Of a stretch of DNA of 64,000 bases, positions 18,759-28,017 are shown piece by piece. Made by a program: the position numbers and the translations under genes. The stretch spans positions 14,973 to 78,972 of the forward strand of contig CAWBWE010000006.1 in the NCBI GenBank assembly GCA_963792395.1, written 5' to 3'. This stretch comes from an uncultured Bacteroidales bacterium. Lineage in GTDB: Bacteria; Bacteroidota; Bacteroidia; Bacteroidales; GCA-2748055. The notes below the pieces were generated by a model that saw only the letters and a program-made list of their open reading frames with translations, ran no database searches and was not told the origin of the DNA. The first letter of the stretch is position 1, and the number at the start of each line of letters is the position of its first letter.

Positions 18759-19700
18759 TTAAGAATCAATCTCCTTCCCTGTATACAGCTTTACCTGGGC
18801 CAGCAGATCCTGGAAATCCTCTATGGTACACAGGGCTGGTCCGGGACGCAGGGTGGTGGCTGTGCCTGCCGCAACAGCGCAGGCCAGGGATTCGGAAAGT
18901 GATTTTCCACTTACCTTCCCGAATACAAATCCGCCGATGGCTGAATCCCCGGCACCAATGGTATTCACTACATTTACCTGGGGGGGCACAGCCAGATATT
19001 GTTCCTGCTCACTTACCAGCAGAATTCCCCTGGCACCCATGGAGACCAGTACAATGCCGGTACCCTGCTTACAGATCTCCTGAGCCGCCTCGATGATCTC
19101 CCGGATATTTTTCAGCTCCGTGCCAGTCAGACGACTAAGTTCATGAACATTGGGTTTAATCAGATCCGGGTGATTCTGGATGCCCGCTTTTAGAGCAGCA
19201 CCATCCGTATCAAGGATAATCTTCGCGCCTTTGCTTTTTACAATCTCCATGATTTTGACATAGATTTCGGGATGGACCCCCGGAGGGAGACTGCCACTGA
19301 TAATGACATATTCGGGACGTTCAATTTGCTGGACCTGCTGAATGATTCTCATCAGTTCAATGGGTTTAATTTCCGGACCCCTGGCACTGAAAATGGTCTG
19401 ACTGCTTTCCTCCACGTCATGGATCACGATATTGGTGCGTGTTTCTCCGGCTATTTTGGTGAAGCTGCAGTGGACACCCTCATTGAGCAGCCTGCCTTCC
19501 ATTTCTTCTCCGTCAAAGCCCCCCACAAAACCCAGGGCAGTGTTCGCAATACCCAGGGTTTCCAATACCCGTGAGACATCAATGCCTTTTCCGGCTGCAT
19601 ACCGCTCCTCCCTGCTGATACGGTTGGAATCATCCCTTTTTACTTGCTCTACCCAAAGATTTCGGTCCAGGGCCGGATTTAACGTGATGGTATATATCAT
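18759..19700 (-). CDS. pfkB: 1-phosphofructokinase family hexose kinase
   Basis: TITLNPALD, AGKGIDVS, ETRTN, IKPNVHEL, NTIGAGDS; TAAATTTG at 19734-19741 on the minus strand. Confidence 0.9.
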   Translation of the reverse strand: MIYTITLNPALDRNLWVEQVKRDDSNRISREERYAAGKGIDVSRVLETLGIANTALGFVGGFDGEEMEGRLLNEGVHCSFTKIAGETRTNIVIHDVEESSQTIFSARGPEIKPIELMRIIQQVQQIERPEYVIISGSLPPGVHPEIYVKIMEIVKSKGAKIILDTDGAALKAGIQNHPDLIKPNVHELSRLTGTELKNIREIIEAAQEICKQGTGIVLVSMGARGILLVSEQEQYLAVPPQVNVVNTIGAGDSAIGGFVFGKVSGKSLSESLACAVAAGTATTLRPGPALCTIEDFQDLLAQVKLYTGKEIDS

Positions 19701-19772
19701 GGTATAGAATTATTTCGACTAAATTAAACTTTTCAAATTTATCAAGCTTATATTTACCGGCAATCCGCGCGT

Positions 19773-19800
19773 GTGACCAACTTTGGTTCAGGAGTCCTAA
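19773..19800 (+). promoter_or_regulatory. ECF-type promoter GTGACC-N15-GTCCTAA
   Basis: 18 nt upstream of the DUF502 ATG. Confidence 0.78.
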
Positions 19801-19818
19801 TCTTAATTGTTCTAATCA

Positions 19819-20412
19819 ATGAAGAAACTGTTTAACTATTTCCTGCAGGGCATCCTGTATATAGCCCCCATCGGGGTCACCGTCTACATCCTTTACCTTG
19901 TATTCATCTTTGTGGACAGCCTGCTGAAAGATACCCTGAAGGAGCTCCTGGGTATTTATATCCCGGGACTCGGACTCCTGATCGTCATTGTGGTGCTGAT
20001 CCTGACAGGTATGATCGGTCAAACCATCATCGCACGTCCATTCAAGTTATTATTCAAACGTGTTCTGGCAAGAATCCCCCTGCTAAAAGTTTTGTTTTCT
20101 GCTTTCAGGGATCTTTTCTCTGCCTTTGTGGGAAAGGAACGCAAGTTCAACAGGCCCGTCCTGGTGCTGGTGAATCCCATCTCAAACCTGGAGAAACTGG
20201 GGTTCCTGACGGAGGAGGACCTTTCCATCATCGATGAGAAAGAAAAAGTTTCGGTTTACTTTCCCCACTCCTATAATTTTTCCGGGGAGCTGTTTATTGT
20301 CCCAAAAGAGAACGTCCGGCCCATTGACATGAATCCGGCCGAGGTAATGAAATTTATTGTGTCTGCAGGAGTGGCAGGCTGGGACCAGGAAGGCAATACT
20401 CAGAAAACATGA
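19819..20412 (+). CDS. DUF502 membrane protein
   Basis: RIPLLK....A.RDL, LGFLT, VYFPHSYNFSG, MKFIVSAG. Confidence 0.88.
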   Translation: MKKLFNYFLQGILYIAPIGVTVYILYLVFIFVDSLLKDTLKELLGIYIPGLGLLIVIVVLILTGMIGQTIIARPFKLLFKRVLARIPLLKVLFSAFRDLFSAFVGKERKFNRPVLVLVNPISNLEKLGFLTEEDLSIIDEKEKVSVYFPHSYNFSGELFIVPKENVRPIDMNPAEVMKFIVSAGVAGWDQEGNTQKT

Positions 20413-20437
20413 TTGTTTATCGATTACACTAATCCAT

Positions 20438-21475
20438 ATGGAAGAAAATACACTGATTCTGGTTCTTTTTATTATTGGTATCCTGGGGGTATTGATGTTT
20501 GACCTGCTGGTCGTTGGAAGAAAAAGTCACATCGTATCCCTTAAAGAAGCAGGCCTGTGGACGGGCATTTGGGTATCGCTTGCCCTGGGTTTTGCCCTCT
20601 TTCTGAGGTTTTTTGGAGAACATATTCATGGGATCAGCACCCCGGAGGAGCTGGACCAGGTACTGCTCAGGTATTATCCCTACCTTATAATAGATGCGGA
20701 TAGCTTTGCAGGCAGCCTGGAGATCTTCCGGAAAAGCATAGCCACCAATTATTTAACGGGATACCTGATCGAGGAGTCTCTTTCGGTGGACAATCTTTTT
20801 GTGATGATGGCCATTCTGAGTGCGTTCTCGGTAAATAAACAGGCCTATAAGAAAGTGCTTTTCTGGGGAATCCTGGGAGCTATCGTTTTGCGTTTTGTAT
20901 TTATTTTCGTGGGCGCGGCTCTGATTATCAGGTTTGAATGGTTGCTTTATATCTTTGGCGCCTACCTGATTTATGCAGGGGCCAAAATGTTCCTGAACCG
21001 GAATAAGGAGGTCCGGATCCAACCCCAGGATCATCGCCTGGTGAAATTTCTTTCCAGGAGATTCAAGGTTTTTCCCAGGTATGTTGGCGACCGGTTTTTT
21101 ATCCGGAAAAATGGAATCCTGTATCTGACTCCCCTGTTTATTGTGGTGATGCTCATCGAGGGCTCCGATCTGGTATTCGCGCTGGATTCCATTCCTGCGG
21201 TTTTCGCCATCACCCTGGATCCCTACATCGTCTTCTTCTCCAACGTTTTTGCCATTCTGGGCCTGCGCTCCCTCTTTTTCCTGCTGGTTCATGTGGTGGA
21301 CCGCTTTTACCTTTTGAAGGTGGGAGTGTCCCTCCTGCTCCTGTTTGTGGGGGTGAAACTCATCGCCCATGACTGGTTGCATCACCTGGGATATAAACCG
21401 GTATTCTCCCTCTATATCATCCTGGGGATCCTGGTCCTGAGTATCACGCTATCCATTGTCTTTCCAAAGAAGTGA
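20438..21475 (+). CDS. TerC/Alx family metal-homeostasis membrane protein
   Basis: GYLIEESLSVDNLFV, VLFWGILGAIVLR, DLVFALDSIPA, SNVFAILGLRSL. Confidence 0.92.
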   Translation: MEENTLILVLFIIGILGVLMFDLLVVGRKSHIVSLKEAGLWTGIWVSLALGFALFLRFFGEHIHGISTPEELDQVLLRYYPYLIIDADSFAGSLEIFRKSIATNYLTGYLIEESLSVDNLFVMMAILSAFSVNKQAYKKVLFWGILGAIVLRFVFIFVGAALIIRFEWLLYIFGAYLIYAGAKMFLNRNKEVRIQPQDHRLVKFLSRRFKVFPRYVGDRFFIRKNGILYLTPLFIVVMLIEGSDLVFALDSIPAVFAITLDPYIVFFSNVFAILGLRSLFFLLVHVVDRFYLLKVGVSLLLLFVGVKLIAHDWLHHLGYKPVFSLYIILGILVLSITLSIVFPKK

Positions 21476-21500
21476 CCAAGTCACCGCGCGGCTGTCTAAA
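21472..21500 (+). promoter_or_regulatory. ECF-type promoter GTGACC-N16-GTCTAAA
   Basis: Overlaps the TerC stop, upstream of the USP ATG at 21519; spacer is one base longer than at other sites. Confidence 0.65.
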
Positions 21501-21518
21501 CAAAAAACGCAACTGACC

Positions 21519-22379
21519 ATGAGAAAGATCTTGTTTCCCTTCGAACTGGAAAGTCCGGTGTATAAGGAAGCTTATTTCTATGCGGTAAGAATTGCCCGGC
21601 AGATCTATGCAGAACTGATCGTTCTGAATGTGTATCAAGTGGAAGTTGATAATGATATCACCGAAGAAAGATATGGCAAACTGAAGCGGGATAACTGGTT
21701 CAAAGCTTACAATGAAATTAGCCGCTTCAACCGCTCTTATCTGGAGGAGCATGCCACCGTGGAAACTGACCTGAAGATCCGGTTCAATTACCGTTTTGTG
21801 AACGGGATTCTTCAGGATGAGATAAAAAGCATAGCCAAGGAAGAGGACGTCGATCTGATTATCCTGCCCCTCTCCGATAAGAGAGATTTCAACAGAAGAC
21901 AGTTGAAAATTATCCGGGACAATATTTTTGAGAAAAACAGGGCGTCCCTGCTGGTTTTTCCCCATGAGTGCGAATTCCGGCCCATCAGGAATATTGTATT
22001 TGCCACGGATCTGAAACGGCTGTTTAACTACCAGAGTTACATAAGCGATGTGGTCAGATATGCCCGGTCCTTTGATTCCGCGATTCATTTTATACACGTC
22101 TCCAACAAGAATAAAGCGGAAGAGTGGGAACATTCTGAGATCTATAAACTGATCCGGCAGGTCCTGGAAAAGGATAAAGCACACAGCTTTAAGAGCCTCC
22201 ATGGAAAAAGTATTCTGGAGTCCGTAAATCTATATGTGAAAGAAAGCCAGGCGGATCTCCTGGTGGTGGTGAAGCACCAGCAGAATTTCATGGAATCCAT
22301 CTTTAATGAAAGTGTAAGTAAGGAGATTTCCCTGAACTCCAGAATCCCGGTGCTGGTCATGCGGGAAAAGAGGGGCTAA
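21519..22379 (+). CDS. Universal stress protein (tandem USP domains)
   Basis: MRKILFP, NIVFATD, ADLLVV, SVSKEI...IPVLV. Confidence 0.85.
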   Translation: MRKILFPFELESPVYKEAYFYAVRIARQIYAELIVLNVYQVEVDNDITEERYGKLKRDNWFKAYNEISRFNRSYLEEHATVETDLKIRFNYRFVNGILQDEIKSIAKEEDVDLIILPLSDKRDFNRRQLKIIRDNIFEKNRASLLVFPHECEFRPIRNIVFATDLKRLFNYQSYISDVVRYARSFDSAIHFIHVSNKNKAEEWEHSEIYKLIRQVLEKDKAHSFKSLHGKSILESVNLYVKESQADLLVVVKHQQNFMESIFNESVSKEISLNSRIPVLVMREKRG

Positions 22380-22381
22380 AT

Positions 22382-22409
22382 GTGACCATTGCAGCTAAGA
22401 GGGTCTAAA
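22382..22409 (+). promoter_or_regulatory. ECF-type promoter GTGACC-N15-GTCTAAA
   Basis: Ends only 5 nt before the ATG at 22415. Confidence 0.78.
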
Positions 22410-22414
22410 AAGAA

Positions 22415-23197
22415 ATGAATGAATTTTGCTTTATAGAACTGGACAGTCCGAGTCCCATTGTCACAGCGGCGATACATAACGGGCATAAACTAAGTGAATC
22501 CCTTTCTCGAATCAGTGCCCTGTCTGAAAAAGAGAGGTTCAGAGAAGAAGATCCATACACCGGGATCTGGGGAAATATATCGGAGAATCACATTGTTTCT
22601 CAACGGTCCCGCTTTGAATTTGATCTCAACCGCGCTCCTGAAAAGGCCATTTACCTCCTTCCTTCAGATGCCTGGGGACTGACCCTGTGGAAGCGGGAAC
22701 CCTCCAGGCGTTTGATTGCTCAAAGCCTGAACCGGTATCATAGCATTTACCAGGAGATCCGGGATGGACTGGAAACCCTGATTGGGCGCTATGGAAAGAT
22801 CGTCATCCTGGACCTGCACAGTTATAACCATCGCCGGGGGGGACCGGAAGCTCCACCGGACGATCCGGAATTAAATCCGGAAATCAATATTGGGACCGGG
22901 ACCATGGACCGGGATTACTGGGCTCCGGTGGTGGACCGGTTTTTAGAGGATCTGAGGGCTTTTGAATTTCAGGGGAAGAAATGGGATATCCGGGAAAATA
23001 TCAAGTTCCGGGGCGGATACTTCCCCTCCTGGATCCACAGCACATTCGGGGAATCTGCCTGTTGCATTTCCGTGGAGATGAAAAAATTTTTTATGGATGA
23101 ATGGTCGGGCCAGCCCGACTGGGATATGATTGATGCCGTCACCGGGGCCCTGTTTGATACCTTACCCGGCCTACAGGAGGAGATCACCAAAAAATGA
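22415..23197 (+). CDS. N-formylglutamate amidohydrolase family protein
   Basis: AIHNGH, REEDPYT, SRFEFDLNR, DLHSYN, NIGTG, EN.KF.GG, SVEMKKFFMDE. Confidence 0.88.
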   Translation: MNEFCFIELDSPSPIVTAAIHNGHKLSESLSRISALSEKERFREEDPYTGIWGNISENHIVSQRSRFEFDLNRAPEKAIYLLPSDAWGLTLWKREPSRRLIAQSLNRYHSIYQEIRDGLETLIGRYGKIVILDLHSYNHRRGGPEAPPDDPELNPEINIGTGTMDRDYWAPVVDRFLEDLRAFEFQGKKWDIRENIKFRGGYFPSWIHSTFGESACCISVEMKKFFMDEWSGQPDWDMIDAVTGALFDTLPGLQEEITKK

Positions 23198-25101
23198 GCC
23201 AGGGAATGACAAAGCCGGTAAGTGTACTCACAGAAAGTTTCCTGGAGGATATCAGCAGCAGGCTGGCAGAAAATAAGGTGGTCCGGCGGACCCTGCCGGC
23301 TCATGGCCGGTTGCATATGGACCGGAAACTACCTTTCATATGCATCTACCGTCGCCCGCTTCGGCGCAATGACAATGGAACGGATCAACTGGTCAAAGGG
23401 GAAGCGTCCTACCTGGTCGCCTCTGCAGCACCCAGGTATAAAGCCGGGATCTCTGCCCTGCTTCGATCAGTCCTGGAGATTCGTTCGACGGGTCCCGGTG
23501 CCTTCCTGATGATCGAGCTCTGGTCCAGGAAATCTCCGGAGTACATTATAGATCCTGAGGTGGGCCGGGTAGCTCCCTCCTTTCGCATCCATGTCCCGTC
23601 TTCACGACTCCCGGTAGAAGCCATCGAGTCCATAGAAAAAGCCTTAAAACAAATCACTGTATCCAGAAAACGGAGCAGGGTTTCAACCCTTATTACCAGC
23701 AAGCCCTGGCCTGAACAGCTGCCCCCCTTGCTGAGCTCGGCGGAATTGAAGAAATACAATTGTTACCTGGTGGGCATCGAGGTCTCCCCCATATACCGGA
23801 ACCCCGAAACAGGGGAGCTCTATCCGCTGGTGCTGAAGAAGATCCACCGGGGAGTATCCATAGCCCTGAAAAAAGGGGCCTTCGAATTCTCCCGGAAGCG
23901 CAATTCCACCTCTCCGGTAAGTTATAAATCCCTGGGCAGGCGGGCTGTGGTCAAGTCCGTCTGGGAGGTGGATCAGAAGCTGGCCGAGATCGGCAGCGCC
24001 ATGGATTTCCTCATGCATGTAACTCCGGTGAATATGGAGCAGTCCTGGCGGAAATTCAAGGAAAATGGATTCCGGCGCGACCCGGTATTCTTTTACAGGC
24101 CCGTATCCTTTGATCCCTCCCTGCTTAAAAGAAAACTCTACCAGATCCCCTTTGACCGGATCGAGGACCCGGCACTGGCTTCCCTGTTCCACGACAAGAT
24201 GGTGGAACTGGAGAGGAAGTTCTCCATGGTAAGGGACCGGAACACCAGGAATTTTTTCTTTGGGAGCATGCAGCTTTACGGAGAGATGGACCGGGAACTT
24301 CTGGAACTGGCCAGGTCCATCCTGATACATATTTCACCCCGCAGCCGCGAAAAAAACGGGAAACGGATGATTGGTGCCCAGGGCTTTGCCGCGCGCGCCA
24401 GGGAGGAAATAGAGCTGTATCGCAGGGCCTATCCCGAAATTAAATCCCAGGTCTTTATCCGGGAGGATATCGCCGGTCTGCTGGTCTCACACGGGAACCT
24501 GCTTGTAGGCGCAGGATTGCGTATTCATGAATCGAGGCTGGAAGCTCTGATCCAGCACGAGGTGGGCACCCATGTACTTACCTATGCCAATGGCTTAACC
24601 CAGCCTTTTAAACAACTGTGCTCCGGGCTTTCCGGAAACGATGAACTGCAGGAAGGACTGGCCGTGCTTGCCGAATACCTCGTGGGCGGCCTGAGTCCAC
24701 CCCGGTTCCGCCTGCTGGCCGGACGGGTGGTGGCCGCACAGCTGCTCATTGAGGGCTCAGACTTCCGGAATACCTTCAGGGAGTTGAATCAAACCTATGG
24801 ATTTGCCCAGAGAACCGCCTACATGATAACTGCCAGGATCTACCGGAGCGGGGGCCTGACCAAAGATGCCGTGTATCTGAGGGGTCTGGTTCAACTGTTA
24901 AAACACCTCCGGAACGGAGGGAAGCTGCAGCCCCTTCTGGTAGGCAAATTCTCCCTGGACGACGTATCTATCATCACAGAACTGCAACTGAGAAAAGTAT
25001 TGCATCCTGCCCTGCTCTTACCCCGATATCTCTCCAATCCCCAATCCCTGTTATTGCTGGAAGATTTAAAAAAAGGAAAACTTATTTTTAATTTAATATA
25101 A
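23194..25101 (+). CDS. DUF1704 / QEGLA-motif zinc metallopeptidase (MATCAP-like carboxypeptidase domain)
   Basis: HEVGTH (HExxxH), LQEGLAVLAEY, R.YRSGGLTKDAVYLRG. Confidence 0.88.
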   Translation: MSQGMTKPVSVLTESFLEDISSRLAENKVVRRTLPAHGRLHMDRKLPFICIYRRPLRRNDNGTDQLVKGEASYLVASAAPRYKAGISALLRSVLEIRSTGPGAFLMIELWSRKSPEYIIDPEVGRVAPSFRIHVPSSRLPVEAIESIEKALKQITVSRKRSRVSTLITSKPWPEQLPPLLSSAELKKYNCYLVGIEVSPIYRNPETGELYPLVLKKIHRGVSIALKKGAFEFSRKRNSTSPVSYKSLGRRAVVKSVWEVDQKLAEIGSAMDFLMHVTPVNMEQSWRKFKENGFRRDPVFFYRPVSFDPSLLKRKLYQIPFDRIEDPALASLFHDKMVELERKFSMVRDRNTRNFFFGSMQLYGEMDRELLELARSILIHISPRSREKNGKRMIGAQGFAARAREEIELYRRAYPEIKSQVFIREDIAGLLVSHGNLLVGAGLRIHESRLEALIQHEVGTHVLTYANGLTQPFKQLCSGLSGNDELQEGLAVLAEYLVGGLSPPRFRLLAGRVVAAQLLIEGSDFRNTFRELNQTYGFAQRTAYMITARIYRSGGLTKDAVYLRGLVQLLKHLRNGGKLQPLLVGKFSLDDVSIITELQLRKVLHPALLLPRYLSNPQSLLLLEDLKKGKLIFNLI

Positions 25102-25111
25102 ACTAAAGAAT

Positions 25112-26155
25112 ATGAAAATTGGATTTGTAGTAAATGATATTCAAACAGAACAAGCCGGTTATACCACAACTCGTCTTGGGATGTGGGCCACCAACCGCGG
25201 ACACGAAGTCTGGGTCATCGGTCTCGGTGACTTTGCCTATGATCCGGATGAAAACATCCGGGCCAGGGCATATTCGGTTCCCAAGAAAACCTATAAGAAT
25301 ACGGAAACCTATTTAAAAGTGCTGCAGAGTAAAACCCGGGTCATGAACCGCATTACGGTGGATGACCTGGATATCCTGATGCTCCGCAGTGATCCTGCCA
25401 ATGAAACTAACCGGCCCTGGGCCGTTACGGCAGGCATCAATTTTGGCCGGATTGCCATGCGGCATGGAGTCATCGTGCTGAACGATCCCAATGGCCTGGC
25501 CAAGGCACTGAATAAAAGCTATTTTCAACTATTCCCCGAAGAGGTGCGGCCGCAGACCATGATTACCCGCGACCCGGGAGATATCAAACACTTTGCCAAC
25601 GAGCACGGAGGTCACATAGTCCTGAAACCCCTGCAGGGATCCGGCGGGTCCGGAGTTTTCCTGGTCAGGCCCGAGGATAAATCAAACCTGAACCAGATTG
25701 TGGAAGCGCTGCAGAGAGACGGTTATATCATTGCACAGGAATACCTGCCTGCGGCCATTGAAGGCGACACCCGCCTGTTTATGATGAACGGGGCCCCTTT
25801 GCGGTACAAAGGCAAATACGCGGCTTTCAGAAGAGTCAGATCGGGCGATGATATGAGAAGCAACATCCATGCCGGGGGCAAACTGAGACAGGCCGAGATC
25901 ACCGACCAGCACCTGCAGCTGGCTGAAATAGTCCGTCCAAAACTCGTCCAGGACGGGATGTTCCTGGTGGGACTGGATATCGTGGGAAACAAACTGATGG
26001 AGATCAATGTGTTCAGTCCGGGCGGACTGGGCAGTGCCCAGAATTTTGAAAAGGTGAACTTCAGCAATGCCGTGCTTGATGCCCTGGAACGCAAAGTGGA
26101 ATACATGGGATTCTACCGCCGGAATTTCGACAACGACGAAATGGCCACGCTCTAG
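25112..26155 (+). CDS. Glutathione-synthetase-like ATP-grasp peptide ligase
   Basis: LMLRSDP, NDPNGL, VLKPLQGSGGSGVF, QEYLP...GD.R, RSNIHAGG, GLDIVG..LMEINVFSPGG. Confidence 0.88.
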   Translation: MKIGFVVNDIQTEQAGYTTTRLGMWATNRGHEVWVIGLGDFAYDPDENIRARAYSVPKKTYKNTETYLKVLQSKTRVMNRITVDDLDILMLRSDPANETNRPWAVTAGINFGRIAMRHGVIVLNDPNGLAKALNKSYFQLFPEEVRPQTMITRDPGDIKHFANEHGGHIVLKPLQGSGGSGVFLVRPEDKSNLNQIVEALQRDGYIIAQEYLPAAIEGDTRLFMMNGAPLRYKGKYAAFRRVRSGDDMRSNIHAGGKLRQAEITDQHLQLAEIVRPKLVQDGMFLVGLDIVGNKLMEINVFSPGGLGSAQNFEKVNFSNAVLDALERKVEYMGFYRRNFDNDEMATL

Positions 26156-26160
26156 GTCCG

Positions 26161-26997
26161 CTACTCCTGTTTTGTTTTGATATGCACATCCCTTTGAGGA
26201 AAGGGGATGTGTATGCCGTTGGCCCTGAAGGCAGCATCGATCTTATAGCGGATCTCACTCTTGATATATTCCACCTGGAAAGTCTCGGTGGTCCAGAAAT
26301 ACAGCTGAAAATCCAGGGAGGAATTCCCAAAGTCATTAAAACGCACAAAGGGTTTTGGCATGGAGGAGACCTTTTCATCAACGTTGGCACACTGCAGCAG
26401 TACCCGGGTTACCTTCTCCACATCCGATCCATAAGCGACCCCCACGTCGATATGGAACCTGGTCCGCTTTTCAATATGGCTCCAGTTGATCACGATGTCG
26501 GTGACGAATTTTGAATTGGGCACCACCATCACAATGTTATCCCTGGTTTCCAGCTTGGAGGTCCTCAGTCCGATCTCGATCACCCGGCCCACCAGGTTGT
26601 CCTGAATTTCAACCACATCCCCTACTTTCAGGCTCCCCTCAAACAGAATGGCCACCCCGGACATGATATCCTGGAATATCTGTTGCAATCCCAGACCCAG
26701 TCCCACAAGCAGCGCGGCCGATCCGGCCAGAAGCAGGGTGAGTTTGATCCCTACGATCTCAAAGGAGATCATGAGGATGGCAATGTATACCACATATTTC
26801 AGGATTTGCAGGATGGCGTGGCTGCGGCCCGGATCAAACTCATTGTTTTTTACACGGGCCCGGAACACCCTTTTTACCAGGCGCATGACCAGCAGGGTGG
26901 CAAGGAACAGAATAAGGATGGTCAGGATCTCATAAACAGTGACATCAAAGACCTCTGTTTCAAGAAGCTTATATTCCAGGAATTCACCGAAGTTCAT
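26161..26997 (-). CDS. MscS-family small-conductance mechanosensitive channel
   Basis: GLGLGLQQIF.D..SG, VVPNSKF, GVAYGSD, IPFPQRD. Confidence 0.92.
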   Translation of the reverse strand: MNFGEFLEYKLLETEVFDVTVYEILTILILFLATLLVMRLVKRVFRARVKNNEFDPGRSHAILQILKYVVYIAILMISFEIVGIKLTLLLAGSAALLVGLGLGLQQIFQDIMSGVAILFEGSLKVGDVVEIQDNLVGRVIEIGLRTSKLETRDNIVMVVPNSKFVTDIVINWSHIEKRTRFHIDVGVAYGSDVEKVTRVLLQCANVDEKVSSMPKPFVRFNDFGNSSLDFQLYFWTTETFQVEYIKSEIRYKIDAAFRANGIHIPFPQRDVHIKTKQE

Positions 26998-27021
26998 TAC
27001 TTTTCACTCTTGACGGTTAAC

Positions 27022-27081
27022 AAAAAAAATGCCCGGTAAGTTCATACGGGTAATACTTTCCGCATTTCAAACTACCGGGCA
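27022..27081 (-). terminator. Long imperfect hairpin plus T8 tract (intrinsic terminator)
   Basis: tgcccggta...taccgggca arms, followed on the minus strand by eight T. Confidence 0.65.
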
Positions 27082-27100
27082 AAATACAATCTTAAAGCGA

Positions 27101-27778
27101 TTATTTCGCTTCTTTCTTGGTTTTAATATTCTTCAGGACCTCTGCAGCAGACTCTTTGCCTCCCAGCCCAAAGGCCAGGCCAAAGGCCAGACAGATGGCT
27201 CCAAATACAAGGATAAAGGCATTGGTGATGATATCCTGGGCAATTTTCAGCTGCCCCAACACCAGGAATACCGTAAAGACAAGCACAGCAATATAGGCGA
27301 CCTTTTCGATCACTTCTGCTGTTTGATCATTCATGTTCTTCAACGAGGAGGAAAGTACGTTGGCAATAAACCTGGCAGCGTACAGACCAAACAATAAAAT
27401 GACCAGGGCCACAATAATGTTAGGTATGAACAATATGATGCTGTTAAATAAGTCCTGGGCACTGGTTAGCTCCAGCGAATTAAACACAGCCAGGATAACT
27501 GTCAGCATGATGATCCAGTAAAACAGGCTGCCAACCAGGTCTACGGCTGTACTTTTCATTCCACCCTGTTTCAGGAATTTTTCAATTCCCACCTTCTCGG
27601 AGAGGGTATTCAGCCGTACAAGAAGCAATAACTTGACAATGGCTTTTTTAAGGAGCTTGGCTATAATCCATCCAATCAATAAAATAAGCAGTGCTCCAAT
27701 AATTTTGGGCAGTGCCGTGGCAACTTCATTCAGAAATTGCTGTGAACTTTCAAGGAAAATTCGTACCTGTTCTTTCAT
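27101..27778 (-). CDS. Conserved-TM-helix repeat membrane protein (CmpX/MscS-associated)
   Basis: LPKIIGALLILLIGWIIAK and IPNIIVALVILLFG repeats; LAFGLAFGLGGKE.A. Confidence 0.85.
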   Translation of the reverse strand: MKEQVRIFLESSQQFLNEVATALPKIIGALLILLIGWIIAKLLKKAIVKLLLLVRLNTLSEKVGIEKFLKQGGMKSTAVDLVGSLFYWIIMLTVILAVFNSLELTSAQDLFNSIILFIPNIIVALVILLFGLYAARFIANVLSSSLKNMNDQTAEVIEKVAYIAVLVFTVFLVLGQLKIAQDIITNAFILVFGAICLAFGLAFGLGGKESAAEVLKNIKTKKEAK

Positions 27779-27819
27779 TTTTTCTTGTTTTAGATTCGAT
27801 ATAAAGGTGTTAGTTTCTA

Positions 27820-27847
27820 TTTAGACAGGCGAATAAGAAAAAGTCAC
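27820..27847 (-). promoter_or_regulatory. ECF-type promoter GTGACT-N15-GTCTAAA
   Basis: Reverse complement of tttagac...agtcac, upstream of the ATG at 27778. Confidence 0.72.
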
Positions 27848-27896
27848 ATTTTTTTAGAGTTCCCTGTCCATATTTGTGTTGCCGGTCCGGCTTGCT

Positions 27897-27913
27897 CTAG
27901 GTAAAATACCTAG
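27897..27913. promoter_or_regulatory. Perfect inverted repeat CTAGGTA-AAA-TACCTAG, candidate response-regulator box
   Basis: 7-3-7 palindrome about 105 nt upstream of the ECF-2 gene. Confidence 0.55.
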
Positions 27914-28017
27914 GACCCATTCCTGCTGGAATTACCTTCTTTTCATGGAAATATACCGCTTTGAAAATACGCTTTAAGGCTCTGGATTCATGCGTTTTCT
28001 GTTCCTATTTTTAACTC

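Noticed and set aside
25112-26155. Assigning the symbol gshB
   Set aside because: There is no gshA nearby, and the peptidase/amidohydrolase context suggests another substrate.
27008-27040. ECF motif upstream of the MscS gene at 26997
   Set aside because: A GTCAAGA -10-like box is present, but there is no GT(G/T)AC box at the 15-16 nt spacing.
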